This document shows, in pieces, positions 1 to 8,269 of a DNA stretch of 64,000 nt. How positions within the stretch are numbered: the stretch's first letter is position 1; each line of letters begins with the position of its first letter. Source of the DNA: Ketobacteraceae bacterium (lineage in GTDB: Bacteria; Pseudomonadota; Gammaproteobacteria; Pseudomonadales; Ketobacteraceae). Under the pieces are notes generated by a model, which ran no database searches, was not told where the DNA came from, and was given only the letters and a program-made list of their open reading frames with translations. The position numbers were made by a program, and so were the translations under genes. The stretch lies in assembly GCA_965222725.1 (NCBI GenBank), contig OZ244969.1, positions 1,111,939 through 1,175,938 of the forward strand. The letters are read 5' to 3'.

Positions 1-2
1 CG

Positions 3-1901
3 GTGGGCTATGTACTGCCTCTGGGCTGGGACGGGGTTAAAAACAGCTGGCGTTCCAGTGAATGGCCCATGCGCAACGAACGCATTCTGCTGATTCCCGG
101 TGATTCGCCCGCCGGGCTAAGGCTGCCGCTGGATTCCCTGCCCTGGGTAAGCGACCAACAGAAACGCCGCGAATTCGATGCCGAGCGTGACCCCTTTTCC
201 ACCCCGGAACAACTGGGTGAGGTGGCCAGCCTTTATCTCCAGACAGTGCCGGATGTCGCCCAGGTACAGCACGAACAATTGCAGACCATGGATGATGCCG
301 ACATAGATGCCGAGGGCGCTACTGATGTAGTCCGCACCGCCCTTTGTGTCGAGGCCCGCAATGGCCGCCTGCATATCTTTCTGCCACCGCTCCATTACCT
401 GGAACATTTTGTGGCGCTGATTCATGCCATTGAACTCAGCGCCGGTGAACTGAAAATGCCGGTGGTGCTGGAAGGTTACGAGCCCCCCAAAGACCCGCGT
501 TTGTGCAGCCTGCTGGTAACCCCCGATCCCGGCGTGATTGAAGTGAATATTCATCCTGCCAAATCCTGGAAGGAGCTGGTGAACAACACCCGGGTGCTCT
601 ATGACGAAGCCTGGAAATCCCGCCTGGGCACGGAAAAGTTCATGCTGGATGGCCGCCACACCGGCACCGGCGGTGGCAACCATGTCACCCTGGGGGGCGC
701 CACGCCCGCTGACAGCCCGTTTCTGCGGCGTCCGGATCTGCTGCGCAGCCTGGTGACTTACTGGCAGCATCATCCGGGGCTGTCCTATCTGTTTTCCGGC
801 ATGTTTATTGGCCCTACCAGCCAGGCGCCCCGGGTAGATGAAGGCCGCGATGAAATGCTCTACGAGCTGGAAATTGCCTTTCAGCAAATGCCCAGAGGGG
901 AAGTGGCACAACCCTGGATGGTAGACCGGCTGATGCGCAATCTGCTGATCGATATCACCGGTAATACCCATCGTTCGGAGTTCTGTATCGACAAGCTCTA
1001 TTCCCCGGGTAGCGCCAGTGGCCGCCAGGGATTACTGGAATTTCGTGGTTTTGAAATGCCGCCCCATTACCAGATGGCTCTGGTGCAGGTATTGCTGATC
1101 CGTTCGCTGGTGGCCCGTTTCTGGGACAAACCCTACGAACAACCGTTGGTGCGCTGGGGCACCAATCTGCACGACCGCTTTATGCTGCCCCATTATGTGT
1201 GGCAGGACATCCGCGATGTGGTGGAGGATCTGCAGCAGCAGGGTATTCCCTTCCAGCTGGACTGGCTGCTGCCCTTTGAAGAGTTCCGCTTTCCCCATTA
1301 CGGCCGCATCAATCTGGATGATATTGAAATCGAATTGCGCTGGGCCATCGAGCCCTGGCATGTGCTGGGGGAAGAGATTACCAGCCAGGGCACTGCCCGC
1401 TTTGTGGATTCGTCCGTTGAGCGTTTGCAGGTAAAAGTCACCGGCATTAACACCGCCCGCTATGTGCTGGCCTGCAATGGTCGCCGGGTGCCACTGAACC
1501 CCACCGGGCGCCATGAGGAATACGTGGCCGGGGTACGCTACCGGGCCTGGCAGCCGCCGTCGGCACTACACCCCACCATTGGTTTGCACGTACCGCTGGT
1601 GTTTGACCTGATTGATACCTGGAATGGCCGGTCGATTGGTGGCTGTACCTACCATGTGACGCATCCCGGCGGCCGCAGCTACGATACTTTCCCTGTGAAT
1701 GCTTTTGAGGCAGAATCCCGCCGCGTGAATCGCTTCTGGGATCACGGCCACACCCAGGGCACCATCACGCCGCGGCCGTTCAATGATGCCATCCGGGAAT
1801 TTTTTCCTGACCAGCAGCCTCCAAGGCCCATGGCGCCACCGCCGGAGGAGCCCGCTGGTGAGTACCCACATACCCTGGATCTGCGTCGTACGGTGATGTG
1901 A
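3..1901 (+). CDS. C-terminal part (5' end cut by the window edge) of a large DUF2126-type transglutaminase-like family protein
   Basis: The ORF runs to the window start, so it is incomplete. In many proteobacteria this type of gene is the first of a conserved trio with a circularly permuted ATP-grasp/alpha-E gene and a small transglutaminase gene, as seen immediately downstream. The family assignment comes from that context and overall sequence character, not from a run search. Confidence 0.55.
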   Translation: MGYVLPLGWDGVKNSWRSSEWPMRNERILLIPGDSPAGLRLPLDSLPWVSDQQKRREFDAERDPFSTPEQLGEVASLYLQTVPDVAQVQHEQLQTMDDADIDAEGATDVVRTALCVEARNGRLHIFLPPLHYLEHFVALIHAIELSAGELKMPVVLEGYEPPKDPRLCSLLVTPDPGVIEVNIHPAKSWKELVNNTRVLYDEAWKSRLGTEKFMLDGRHTGTGGGNHVTLGGATPADSPFLRRPDLLRSLVTYWQHHPGLSYLFSGMFIGPTSQAPRVDEGRDEMLYELEIAFQQMPRGEVAQPWMVDRLMRNLLIDITGNTHRSEFCIDKLYSPGSASGRQGLLEFRGFEMPPHYQMALVQVLLIRSLVARFWDKPYEQPLVRWGTNLHDRFMLPHYVWQDIRDVVEDLQQQGIPFQLDWLLPFEEFRFPHYGRINLDDIEIELRWAIEPWHVLGEEITSQGTARFVDSSVERLQVKVTGINTARYVLACNGRRVPLNPTGRHEEYVAGVRYRAWQPPSALHPTIGLHVPLVFDLIDTWNGRSIGGCTYHVTHPGGRSYDTFPVNAFEAESRRVNRFWDHGHTQGTITPRPFNDAIREFFPDQQPPRPMAPPPEEPAGEYPHTLDLRRTVM

Positions 1902-1956
1902 CTTCTGGCCAATATCCCCCATAATAGGGTCAACAGGCCCCGGTACCGATCTCGCT

Positions 1957-4512
1957 ATGCAACCGACTTCCAACACAGTTACTGACCAGCAGCCCCTGGG
2001 CTACCAGACCCAGGCCCAGGGGTACGATGAAGTCTATGGCGCGGATGGCAACATTCGCGACCACTGGCAGTACCTGTTCGAAAGCCTGAACGAACTGGGC
2101 CAGCAGGCCATTGATGAACGCCATGTCAAAGCCCAGCGTATTCTGCGGGATGACGGCGCCACCTATAACGTGTACCAGCAGGAAGCCGCCCGCAGCCGGG
2201 CCTGGTTTCTGGACCCCATTCCCCATATGCTCACCAGCGAGGAATGGGGCAATATCGAATCCGGCCTGCTGGAACGTTCCGAATTACTCAATCTGCTGCT
2301 GACGGATATTTACGGTCCCCGGGAAATTATCAAATACGGCCTGGTGCCGCCGGAACTGATCTTTTCCCACAAAGGCTTTTTGCGCCCCTGCCATGACGCC
2401 AAGTTGCCCGGCGAACATCAGCTGATCCTGCATGCGGTGGATATGGTGCGCAATGCTGACGGTGACATGTGTGTCATCAGCGATCGCACCCAGGCTCCCA
2501 GCGGTGCCGGTTATGCGCTGGAAAACCGCACGGTAATGTCGCGGATTTTCCCCAGTCTGTTCCGCGACAGCCACGTGCACCGGCTGGCCCTGTTTTTCCG
2601 CTCCCTGCGCCACAAGCTGGCGGGTTTGAGCCTGGGCAGCAAGGTGCCCAGAATCGTGGTGCTTACCCCGGGGGCTTTTAACGAAACCTATTTCGAACAT
2701 GCCTACCTGGCCAATTATCTGGGTTTTAACCTGGTGCAGGGGGGCGATTTAACGGTGCGCAATGGCTTTGTATGGATGAAATCTCTGCAGGGGCTGCGCA
2801 AGGTGGATGTGATCCTGCGCCGGGTGGATGATGTGTATTGCGACCCGGTGGAACTGCGTGGCGATTCCCATTTGGGGGTGCCCGGCCTGCTGGAAGTGAT
2901 TCGTTCCGGCCGGGTGGTAGTAGCCAATCCCCTGGGTTCCGGTGTGCTGGAAAACCCGGCCCTGTTAAAGTTCCTGCCGGATATCGGCCGCTTTTTCCTC
3001 GGCCGTGAACCCCGTTTGCCGTCGGTGGAAACCCACTGGTGTGCGGATCAGAATGATCATCAGTATGTACTGGATCATTTCGACGAGATGGTGATCAAGC
3101 CGGTGTACCGCCAGCCGGGATCTTTCAGTCAGCTGGTGTCGGAAATGGATGAAGACGCCAAACTCAAACTGAAACAGGCCATGGCGCAAAATCCCCATCT
3201 GTTTGTGGGCCAGCGCTATGTGCGCCCGTCGCAAACACCTGCCTGGTACCGCAAATCCCTGGAATCCCGCCCGGCCATTCTGCGCAGTTTTTCGGTGGCG
3301 GGTGAAAGCTCCTATTGTGTCATGCCCGGTGGCCTCACCCGGGTGGGCGCCAAAGCCGATACCAGTATTCTCACTAACCAGAAAGGCTCCAAAAGCAAAG
3401 ACACCTGGGTGATTGCCTCGGAGCCGGAAAAACAGATTTCCCTGTACACCGAATCCGCTACTGCACCGGCCGAAAACAGCGATCACAGCACCGACCTGCC
3501 CAGTCGGGTGGTGGAAAACCTGTTCTGGATGGGCCGCTATGCCGAGCGGGCCGAAGCCGCGCTGCGCCTGCTGCGTTCTGTGTTTGTGCGGCTCAATGGT
3601 TTTGAATATTTATCGGCAGTGGCTACCCAAACCCTGCTGCGTTCCGTGACACACCTGACCAATACCTACCCCGGTTTCACGGTGAAAAATACTGACATCT
3701 TTAGCGCACCGGAAGACGAACTCTTGTCCGTGGTGCTGGATGAAAAACGTATAGGTGGTGTGGCTTCCAGCCTGGTGGCCATGCTGGGTTCCGCGGAAGA
3801 AGTGAAAGAACTGCTTTCCGCAGATACCCAGCGGGTAATCAATGATATCCGCGATGAACTGGAAACCCTGAAGAAAAATTTCCCCAATCAGATATCGTCC
3901 GCGCCGGAAGAAGCACTGGATCCCCTGGTAACTACCTTGCTGGCCTTATCGGGCCTGTGTCAGGAAAGCATGATCCGTGGTATGGGCTGGCGCTTTCTGG
4001 AAATGGGGCGGCGATTTGAACGGGCACTGCAAACCATTTCCCTGTTGCGGGCCACCACCGTGCCGGTATTAACGGACAATGATGAAATGATTCTGCTGGA
4101 GTCGGTGCTGTTCAGTGTGGAAGCCCTGATTACTTACCGGCGACGTTACCGCACCGATATGAAAGTGGAAAATGCCCTGGACCTGATCATGCTGGACGAA
4201 AGCAATCCCCGTTCACTCATTTATCAGTTGTCACGGCTGGAATCCCACTTACAGGCGTTGCCAAAACGCAAAGCGGATGTGCGCCTGCTGCAGGAAGAAC
4301 GCGCCGTGCTGGAAGCAAAAACTTCCCTGCAGTTATCGGATTTGAGCGAACTGGCGAAAACAGAAGAAGGCCTGGGTATTCGTGAAAACCTGGATCAGCT
4401 GCTGGTACGGGTTCAGCACCTGCTGGTGGATGGTACCACCGAGTTGTCGGATCGTTTCTTCGATCATGCCGCCGGCCCGCAGCCTTTGACCAAATCCGGG
4501 TGGGAACTGTAA
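1957..4512 (+). CDS. Circularly permuted type-2 ATP-grasp protein fused to an alpha-E domain (851 aa)
   Basis: The N-terminal half resembles circularly permuted ATP-grasp (DUF404/DUF407-like) proteins and the C-terminal half resembles the alpha-E (DUF403) domain. The gene sits between the DUF2126 gene and a transglutaminase gene. Its stop codon overlaps the next start (TAATG). Confidence 0.6.
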   Translation: MQPTSNTVTDQQPLGYQTQAQGYDEVYGADGNIRDHWQYLFESLNELGQQAIDERHVKAQRILRDDGATYNVYQQEAARSRAWFLDPIPHMLTSEEWGNIESGLLERSELLNLLLTDIYGPREIIKYGLVPPELIFSHKGFLRPCHDAKLPGEHQLILHAVDMVRNADGDMCVISDRTQAPSGAGYALENRTVMSRIFPSLFRDSHVHRLALFFRSLRHKLAGLSLGSKVPRIVVLTPGAFNETYFEHAYLANYLGFNLVQGGDLTVRNGFVWMKSLQGLRKVDVILRRVDDVYCDPVELRGDSHLGVPGLLEVIRSGRVVVANPLGSGVLENPALLKFLPDIGRFFLGREPRLPSVETHWCADQNDHQYVLDHFDEMVIKPVYRQPGSFSQLVSEMDEDAKLKLKQAMAQNPHLFVGQRYVRPSQTPAWYRKSLESRPAILRSFSVAGESSYCVMPGGLTRVGAKADTSILTNQKGSKSKDTWVIASEPEKQISLYTESATAPAENSDHSTDLPSRVVENLFWMGRYAERAEAALRLLRSVFVRLNGFEYLSAVATQTLLRSVTHLTNTYPGFTVKNTDIFSAPEDELLSVVLDEKRIGGVASSLVAMLGSAEEVKELLSADTQRVINDIRDELETLKKNFPNQISSAPEEALDPLVTTLLALSGLCQESMIRGMGWRFLEMGRRFERALQTISLLRATTVPVLTDNDEMILLESVLFSVEALITYRRRYRTDMKVENALDLIMLDESNPRSLIYQLSRLESHLQALPKRKADVRLLQEERAVLEAKTSLQLSDLSELAKTEEGLGIRENLDQLLVRVQHLLVDGTTELSDRFFDHAAGPQPLTKSGWEL

Positions 4513-5396
4513 TGATCAAATATCAGATCCGTCATACCACCACCTACAAATACGCCGACAAGGTTACCCAGTGTCATAACCTGGTGTATCTGCTGCCGCG
4601 GGATACCAATCATCAGCGTTGTATTAACGTGTCCCTGTCAGTGAACCCGCAGCCATCCCATTCGCAACGGCGTTTTGATTACTTCGGTAATCAGAGTTTT
4701 TATTTTTCCGTGGAAAAAGCCCATAAGGAACTGGAAGTCACCGCGTTAAGTCAGGTGGAAGTCAAGGAATCACGCCCTACGCTGGATCTGGATTTTGGTA
4801 TTACCTGCGAACAGGCCCGCAAGCTGATGAAAGACGGCCAGAGCGAAGTGACGCTGCTGGCCCGGGAATTTACCCTGGATTCCCCCATGGTGGCGGCGGC
4901 GCCGGATCTGCGCGATTACGCCCGGGAATTTTTTAAACGGGACCGGCCGTTGCTGTCGGCCGTGCGGGCTCTCACCACCCGGATCTATAAAGATTTTACC
5001 TATGATCCCGGCTTCAGCTCGGTCGCCACGCCACTGTCTGACGTCATGGCCCATCGCCGTGGCGTCTGTCAGGACTTTGCCCATCTGGCCATCGGCTGTT
5101 TGCGCTCCATGGGATTCCCCGCCCGTTATGTCAGTGGTTATATCGAAACCCTGCCGCCCCCGGGCCAGGAAAAACTGGTGGGCAGCGATGCCACTCACGC
5201 CTGGGTGGCGGTGTATTCCCCCGGCGAGGGCTGGTTCGAGTTTGATCCCACCAACGACAAACTGGCGGAAGAGCAGCATATCACCACCGCCTGGGGTCGG
5301 GATTATTCGGATGTATCGCCCCTTAAAGGTGTCATTTTCGGTGGCGGTAACAAGCATTCACTGGCGGTGGCCGTGGATGTGAATCGGGTGGCCTGA
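4512..5396 (+). CDS. Transglutaminase-like family protein (Cys-His-Asp core)
   Basis: The motif GVCQDFAHLAIGCLRSMGFPARYVSGY with downstream His/Asp (THAWVAVY..FDPTND) is typical of the bacterial transglutaminase-like cysteine protease fold. An ATG at 4512 overlaps the upstream stop (TAATG). The six-frame track alternatively starts at a GTG at 4500. Confidence 0.7.
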   Translation: MIKYQIRHTTTYKYADKVTQCHNLVYLLPRDTNHQRCINVSLSVNPQPSHSQRRFDYFGNQSFYFSVEKAHKELEVTALSQVEVKESRPTLDLDFGITCEQARKLMKDGQSEVTLLAREFTLDSPMVAAAPDLRDYAREFFKRDRPLLSAVRALTTRIYKDFTYDPGFSSVATPLSDVMAHRRGVCQDFAHLAIGCLRSMGFPARYVSGYIETLPPPGQEKLVGSDATHAWVAVYSPGEGWFEFDPTNDKLAEEQHITTAWGRDYSDVSPLKGVIFGGGNKHSLAVAVDVNRVA

Positions 5397-5408
5397 ATCC
5401 TGATGTTT

Positions 5409-5460
5409 CGCCCGGATTTGGACTATCCAAACACCGGGCGAAGCGACATTTTTATGCGGA
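5409..5460 (+). terminator. Nested stem-loop followed by a T-rich tract, probably a rho-independent terminator for the transglutaminase cluster
   Basis: TTCGCCCGG-atTTGGActaTCCAAAca-CCGGGCGAA is a 9-bp outer stem around an inner 6-bp inverted repeat, followed by GCGACATTTTTATG. Confidence 0.4.
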
Positions 5461-5724
5461 TTGTAACAATGACTATATAGTCCACTCAGATCCGTTTCTC
5501 TCCTGTTCTCAACCCTGAAAACTTCCCGCGATTTGTCGCCAAATGACAGCCATAAGAGTCAATTGGGCCTAGATAGTCACCCTGTATTCCCTTAAGCTTG
5601 TTTACCCTCCGGATTGTCTGACAATCCGGACAGATGTACCAAGTTTTCAAAGAGAGACTAGGCTATAAATACAAAGAATCGCAACTCTGCGATTCCGCTC
5701 AAGAGTGAACTTTCAGGGTAGAGT

Positions 5725-6264
5725 ATGTTGTCATTACCGAAAGAGTTGGACGCCGTGGACTACTCGTTTCAGCGTGCCTATGTGAACGGCATGATGAAAC
5801 TGATCGCCCGCCTGTTTCAGGCCGGCAGCGAAGTGGACGACGTCATCAAACGTGAAGTGGAAGCCTTGCCGGATGGTTATGTGTTTCGTATGGAAGCCGC
5901 ACCGGGCACACCCTGCCTGGTGTTGCAAAAGCGCGATAACATCATGCACATCCTGCCGGACGATACCCCACTCAAATCCAATCTGGTGATTCGCTTTAAA
6001 CACATCACCCATGCGTTTCTGGTGTTTTCCTTTCAGGAAGGAACAGCCACGGCCTATGCTAATGATCGCCTGTTAATTGATGGCGACACTTCGCTGGCCA
6101 TGAAAGTGGTGCGTTGCCTTAACCGGGTGCAGTCGGTGGTACTGCCAAAAGTCGTTGCAGAGAAAGCGGTGAAAACCTATCCCGATCTCAAGCTGCTGGA
6201 CAAGATGCAGATATCCACGAAAACCTACAGCAAAATGCTGATGAATTTAGTGAAAGCGATATAA
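5725..6264 (+). CDS. Hypothetical protein (179 aa)
   Basis: A clean ORF in a 900-bp gap between annotated genes, with no recognisable motif. It lies upstream of the Fe-ADH gene on the same strand. Confidence 0.35.
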   Translation: MLSLPKELDAVDYSFQRAYVNGMMKLIARLFQAGSEVDDVIKREVEALPDGYVFRMEAAPGTPCLVLQKRDNIMHILPDDTPLKSNLVIRFKHITHAFLVFSFQEGTATAYANDRLLIDGDTSLAMKVVRCLNRVQSVVLPKVVAEKAVKTYPDLKLLDKMQISTKTYSKMLMNLVKAI

Positions 6265-6281
6265 CACAAAGAGATTTCAAC

Positions 6282-7466
6282 ATGGCCAGAGATTATTACG
6301 AATTTTTCTGTCCCGTAAAAATTGTTGCGGGTTTTAAAGCACTGGAACACGTTCCCTATGAACTGGGTTCCCATGGCGCCTCCAATCCATTGATTATTAC
6401 CGATAAAGGCGTACGCAGTGTGGGCCTGGTGGATCATGTCACCAAAGCCATGGATGCGGGCGAAGTCAAAACCGCCGGTATTTTTGAAGATGTACCGCCG
6501 GACTCCTCCACGTCGGTGGTAACCCGCTGCGCGCATTATTATCGCGAGCAGGGTGCCGATTCCATTATTGCCATTGGTGGTGGCTCGGTGATTGATACCG
6601 CCAAGGCGGTTAATATTCTGGTATCCGAAGGCGGCGATAACCTCAAGGATTATTCCGGCACCGGCATTCTTACCCGCCCCCTCAAGCCTTTCTTTGTGGT
6701 ACCCACCACCGCGGGCACCGGTTCAGAAGCCACACTGGTATCCGTCATCAAGGATGATGATACCGGGGCAAAAATTCCCTTTGTGTCCCATTTTCTGTTG
6801 CCCGATGTGGCGGTGCTCGATCCCCGCATGACCATGAGCCTGCCACCGAAAATTACCGCGGCCACCGCCATGGATGCCATGACGCATGCGGTGGAATCCT
6901 TCACCTGTCTGGCAAAAAATCCCATCAGTGACAGCTATGCCACGGCGGCCATTAAAAAGATTTCCGATAATCTGGTTCGGGTGCTGAACGAACCCGGTGA
7001 TGTTGAAGGCCGTCTGGAACTGGCGCAGGCCGCTACCATGGCCGGTATTGCCTTTTCCAATTCCATGGTGGGACTGGTGCATGCACTGGGCCATAACGTG
7101 GGTGCGGTGTCCCATGTGCCGCACGGTATCTGCATGAGCATTCTGATGCCGCACGTATTGCGCTTTAATCTGTCGGAACGTGCTGAACAGATCGGTGATC
7201 TGTTGCTGCATTTGGCGGGTCCGGATGTGTATGCCTCCACACCCGCGGCACAGCGTGCCGAGCGTGCCATTGCCCGTATCGAGGAACTGAAAGAGGAAGT
7301 GTACAGCATCTGCCAGTTACCCCGGACCCTGTCCGAAACCGGTGCAGTACAGCGCAATGATCTGCCGAAAATTGCCCAGATGTCGCTGGACGATGGCGCC
7401 ATGCTGCTAAACCCTATCGACGCCACCTACGATCAGGCCCTGGAAGTTTTACAGCAGGCGTTTTGA
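6282..7466 (+). CDS. Iron-containing (group III) alcohol dehydrogenase
   Basis: The GGGSVIDTAK NAD-binding motif, the His-rich metal site (HALGHNVGAVSHVPHG) and a length of 394 aa are characteristic of the Fe-ADH family. Confidence 0.8.
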   Translation: MARDYYEFFCPVKIVAGFKALEHVPYELGSHGASNPLIITDKGVRSVGLVDHVTKAMDAGEVKTAGIFEDVPPDSSTSVVTRCAHYYREQGADSIIAIGGGSVIDTAKAVNILVSEGGDNLKDYSGTGILTRPLKPFFVVPTTAGTGSEATLVSVIKDDDTGAKIPFVSHFLLPDVAVLDPRMTMSLPPKITAATAMDAMTHAVESFTCLAKNPISDSYATAAIKKISDNLVRVLNEPGDVEGRLELAQAATMAGIAFSNSMVGLVHALGHNVGAVSHVPHGICMSILMPHVLRFNLSERAEQIGDLLLHLAGPDVYASTPAAQRAERAIARIEELKEEVYSICQLPRTLSETGAVQRNDLPKIAQMSLDDGAMLLNPIDATYDQALEVLQQAF

Positions 7467-7471
7467 TCTGC

Positions 7472-7500
7472 GGGCTCCCCGGTATTCGGGGAGCCTTCTT
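7472..7500 (+). terminator. Rho-independent terminator after the ADH gene
   Basis: GGCTCCCCG-gtatt-CGGGGAGCC hairpin followed by TTCTT. Confidence 0.5.
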
Positions 7501-7658
7501 CACCGATCAATGAATCCGGTGTTTATCCAGCACTACAGAAACCGGTTAACACAAGCGATAAAAGCAGCGCTAAAAAGGGCGGTTGCAGCTGTTGCAGTTG
7601 CAGGCATAGAATGGATGTATTCGAGCGATAAATCAGCCTTTGCTAATGGTGACTGTCT

Positions 7659-8225
7659 ATGGCTTCCGTTTGTTTTCGTGCCTTCCACTACAGTATTTCC
7701 CTGCTCCTGATCTGCTCATTGTGGAGTTGTTCCCGCAGTCCGGTGTCCTATGACTATGATCCCGGTATTGATTTTGTGGCTTTCAAAAGTTACCAGTGGC
7801 TGAAGAAGGATCATACCGGGCAGGAAGATCCCAGAATCCGTAATGATCTGCTGGATGAGCGTATCCAGCGGGCGATTGATGACACCCTGACCCGTCGCAA
7901 TTACATCCGCCAGGAAAACGGCCCCGTGGATTTTAAAGTCAGCTACCAACTGGGCATTGAAAAGCGTACCGATGTGGATGAAATTGAAACCGGTATCGGT
8001 TTTGGTTACCGCTTTACCCATCTGGGGTTTCGTACTGATACCATCGTGCGGGAATACAACGAAATTACCCTGTACATCGATATGATTGATCCTGACACGC
8101 AAAAACTGATCTGGCGGGGAATGCGTACTTACCGTTATCAGAAAGGCGGCACAGTTGCCGAAAGAGAAGCCCGTATTCAGGCGATTGTCGCAGAAATTCT
8201 GAATGGCTTTCCACCGCGCAAGTAG
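7659..8225 (+). CDS. Putative secreted protein or lipoprotein (the start is probably downstream of the annotated ORF start)
   Basis: Hydrophobic N-terminus with Cys residues (LLLICSLWSCS) consistent with a signal or lipoprotein peptide. No catalytic motifs. Confidence 0.4.
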   Translation: MASVCFRAFHYSISLLLICSLWSCSRSPVSYDYDPGIDFVAFKSYQWLKKDHTGQEDPRIRNDLLDERIQRAIDDTLTRRNYIRQENGPVDFKVSYQLGIEKRTDVDEIETGIGFGYRFTHLGFRTDTIVREYNEITLYIDMIDPDTQKLIWRGMRTYRYQKGGTVAEREARIQAIVAEILNGFPPRK

Positions 8226-8269
8226 ACAGATGCTACTGATGGGTTATAAGCCTTTGCCAGCGCCTTTGA

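Noticed and set aside
117-971. 284-aa minus-strand ORF antisense to the DUF2126 gene (and similar antisense ORFs at 1032-1514 and 1566-1976)
   Set aside because: They lie fully inside a sense-strand gene with coherent family features. High GC produces long stop-free antisense frames. There are no motifs.
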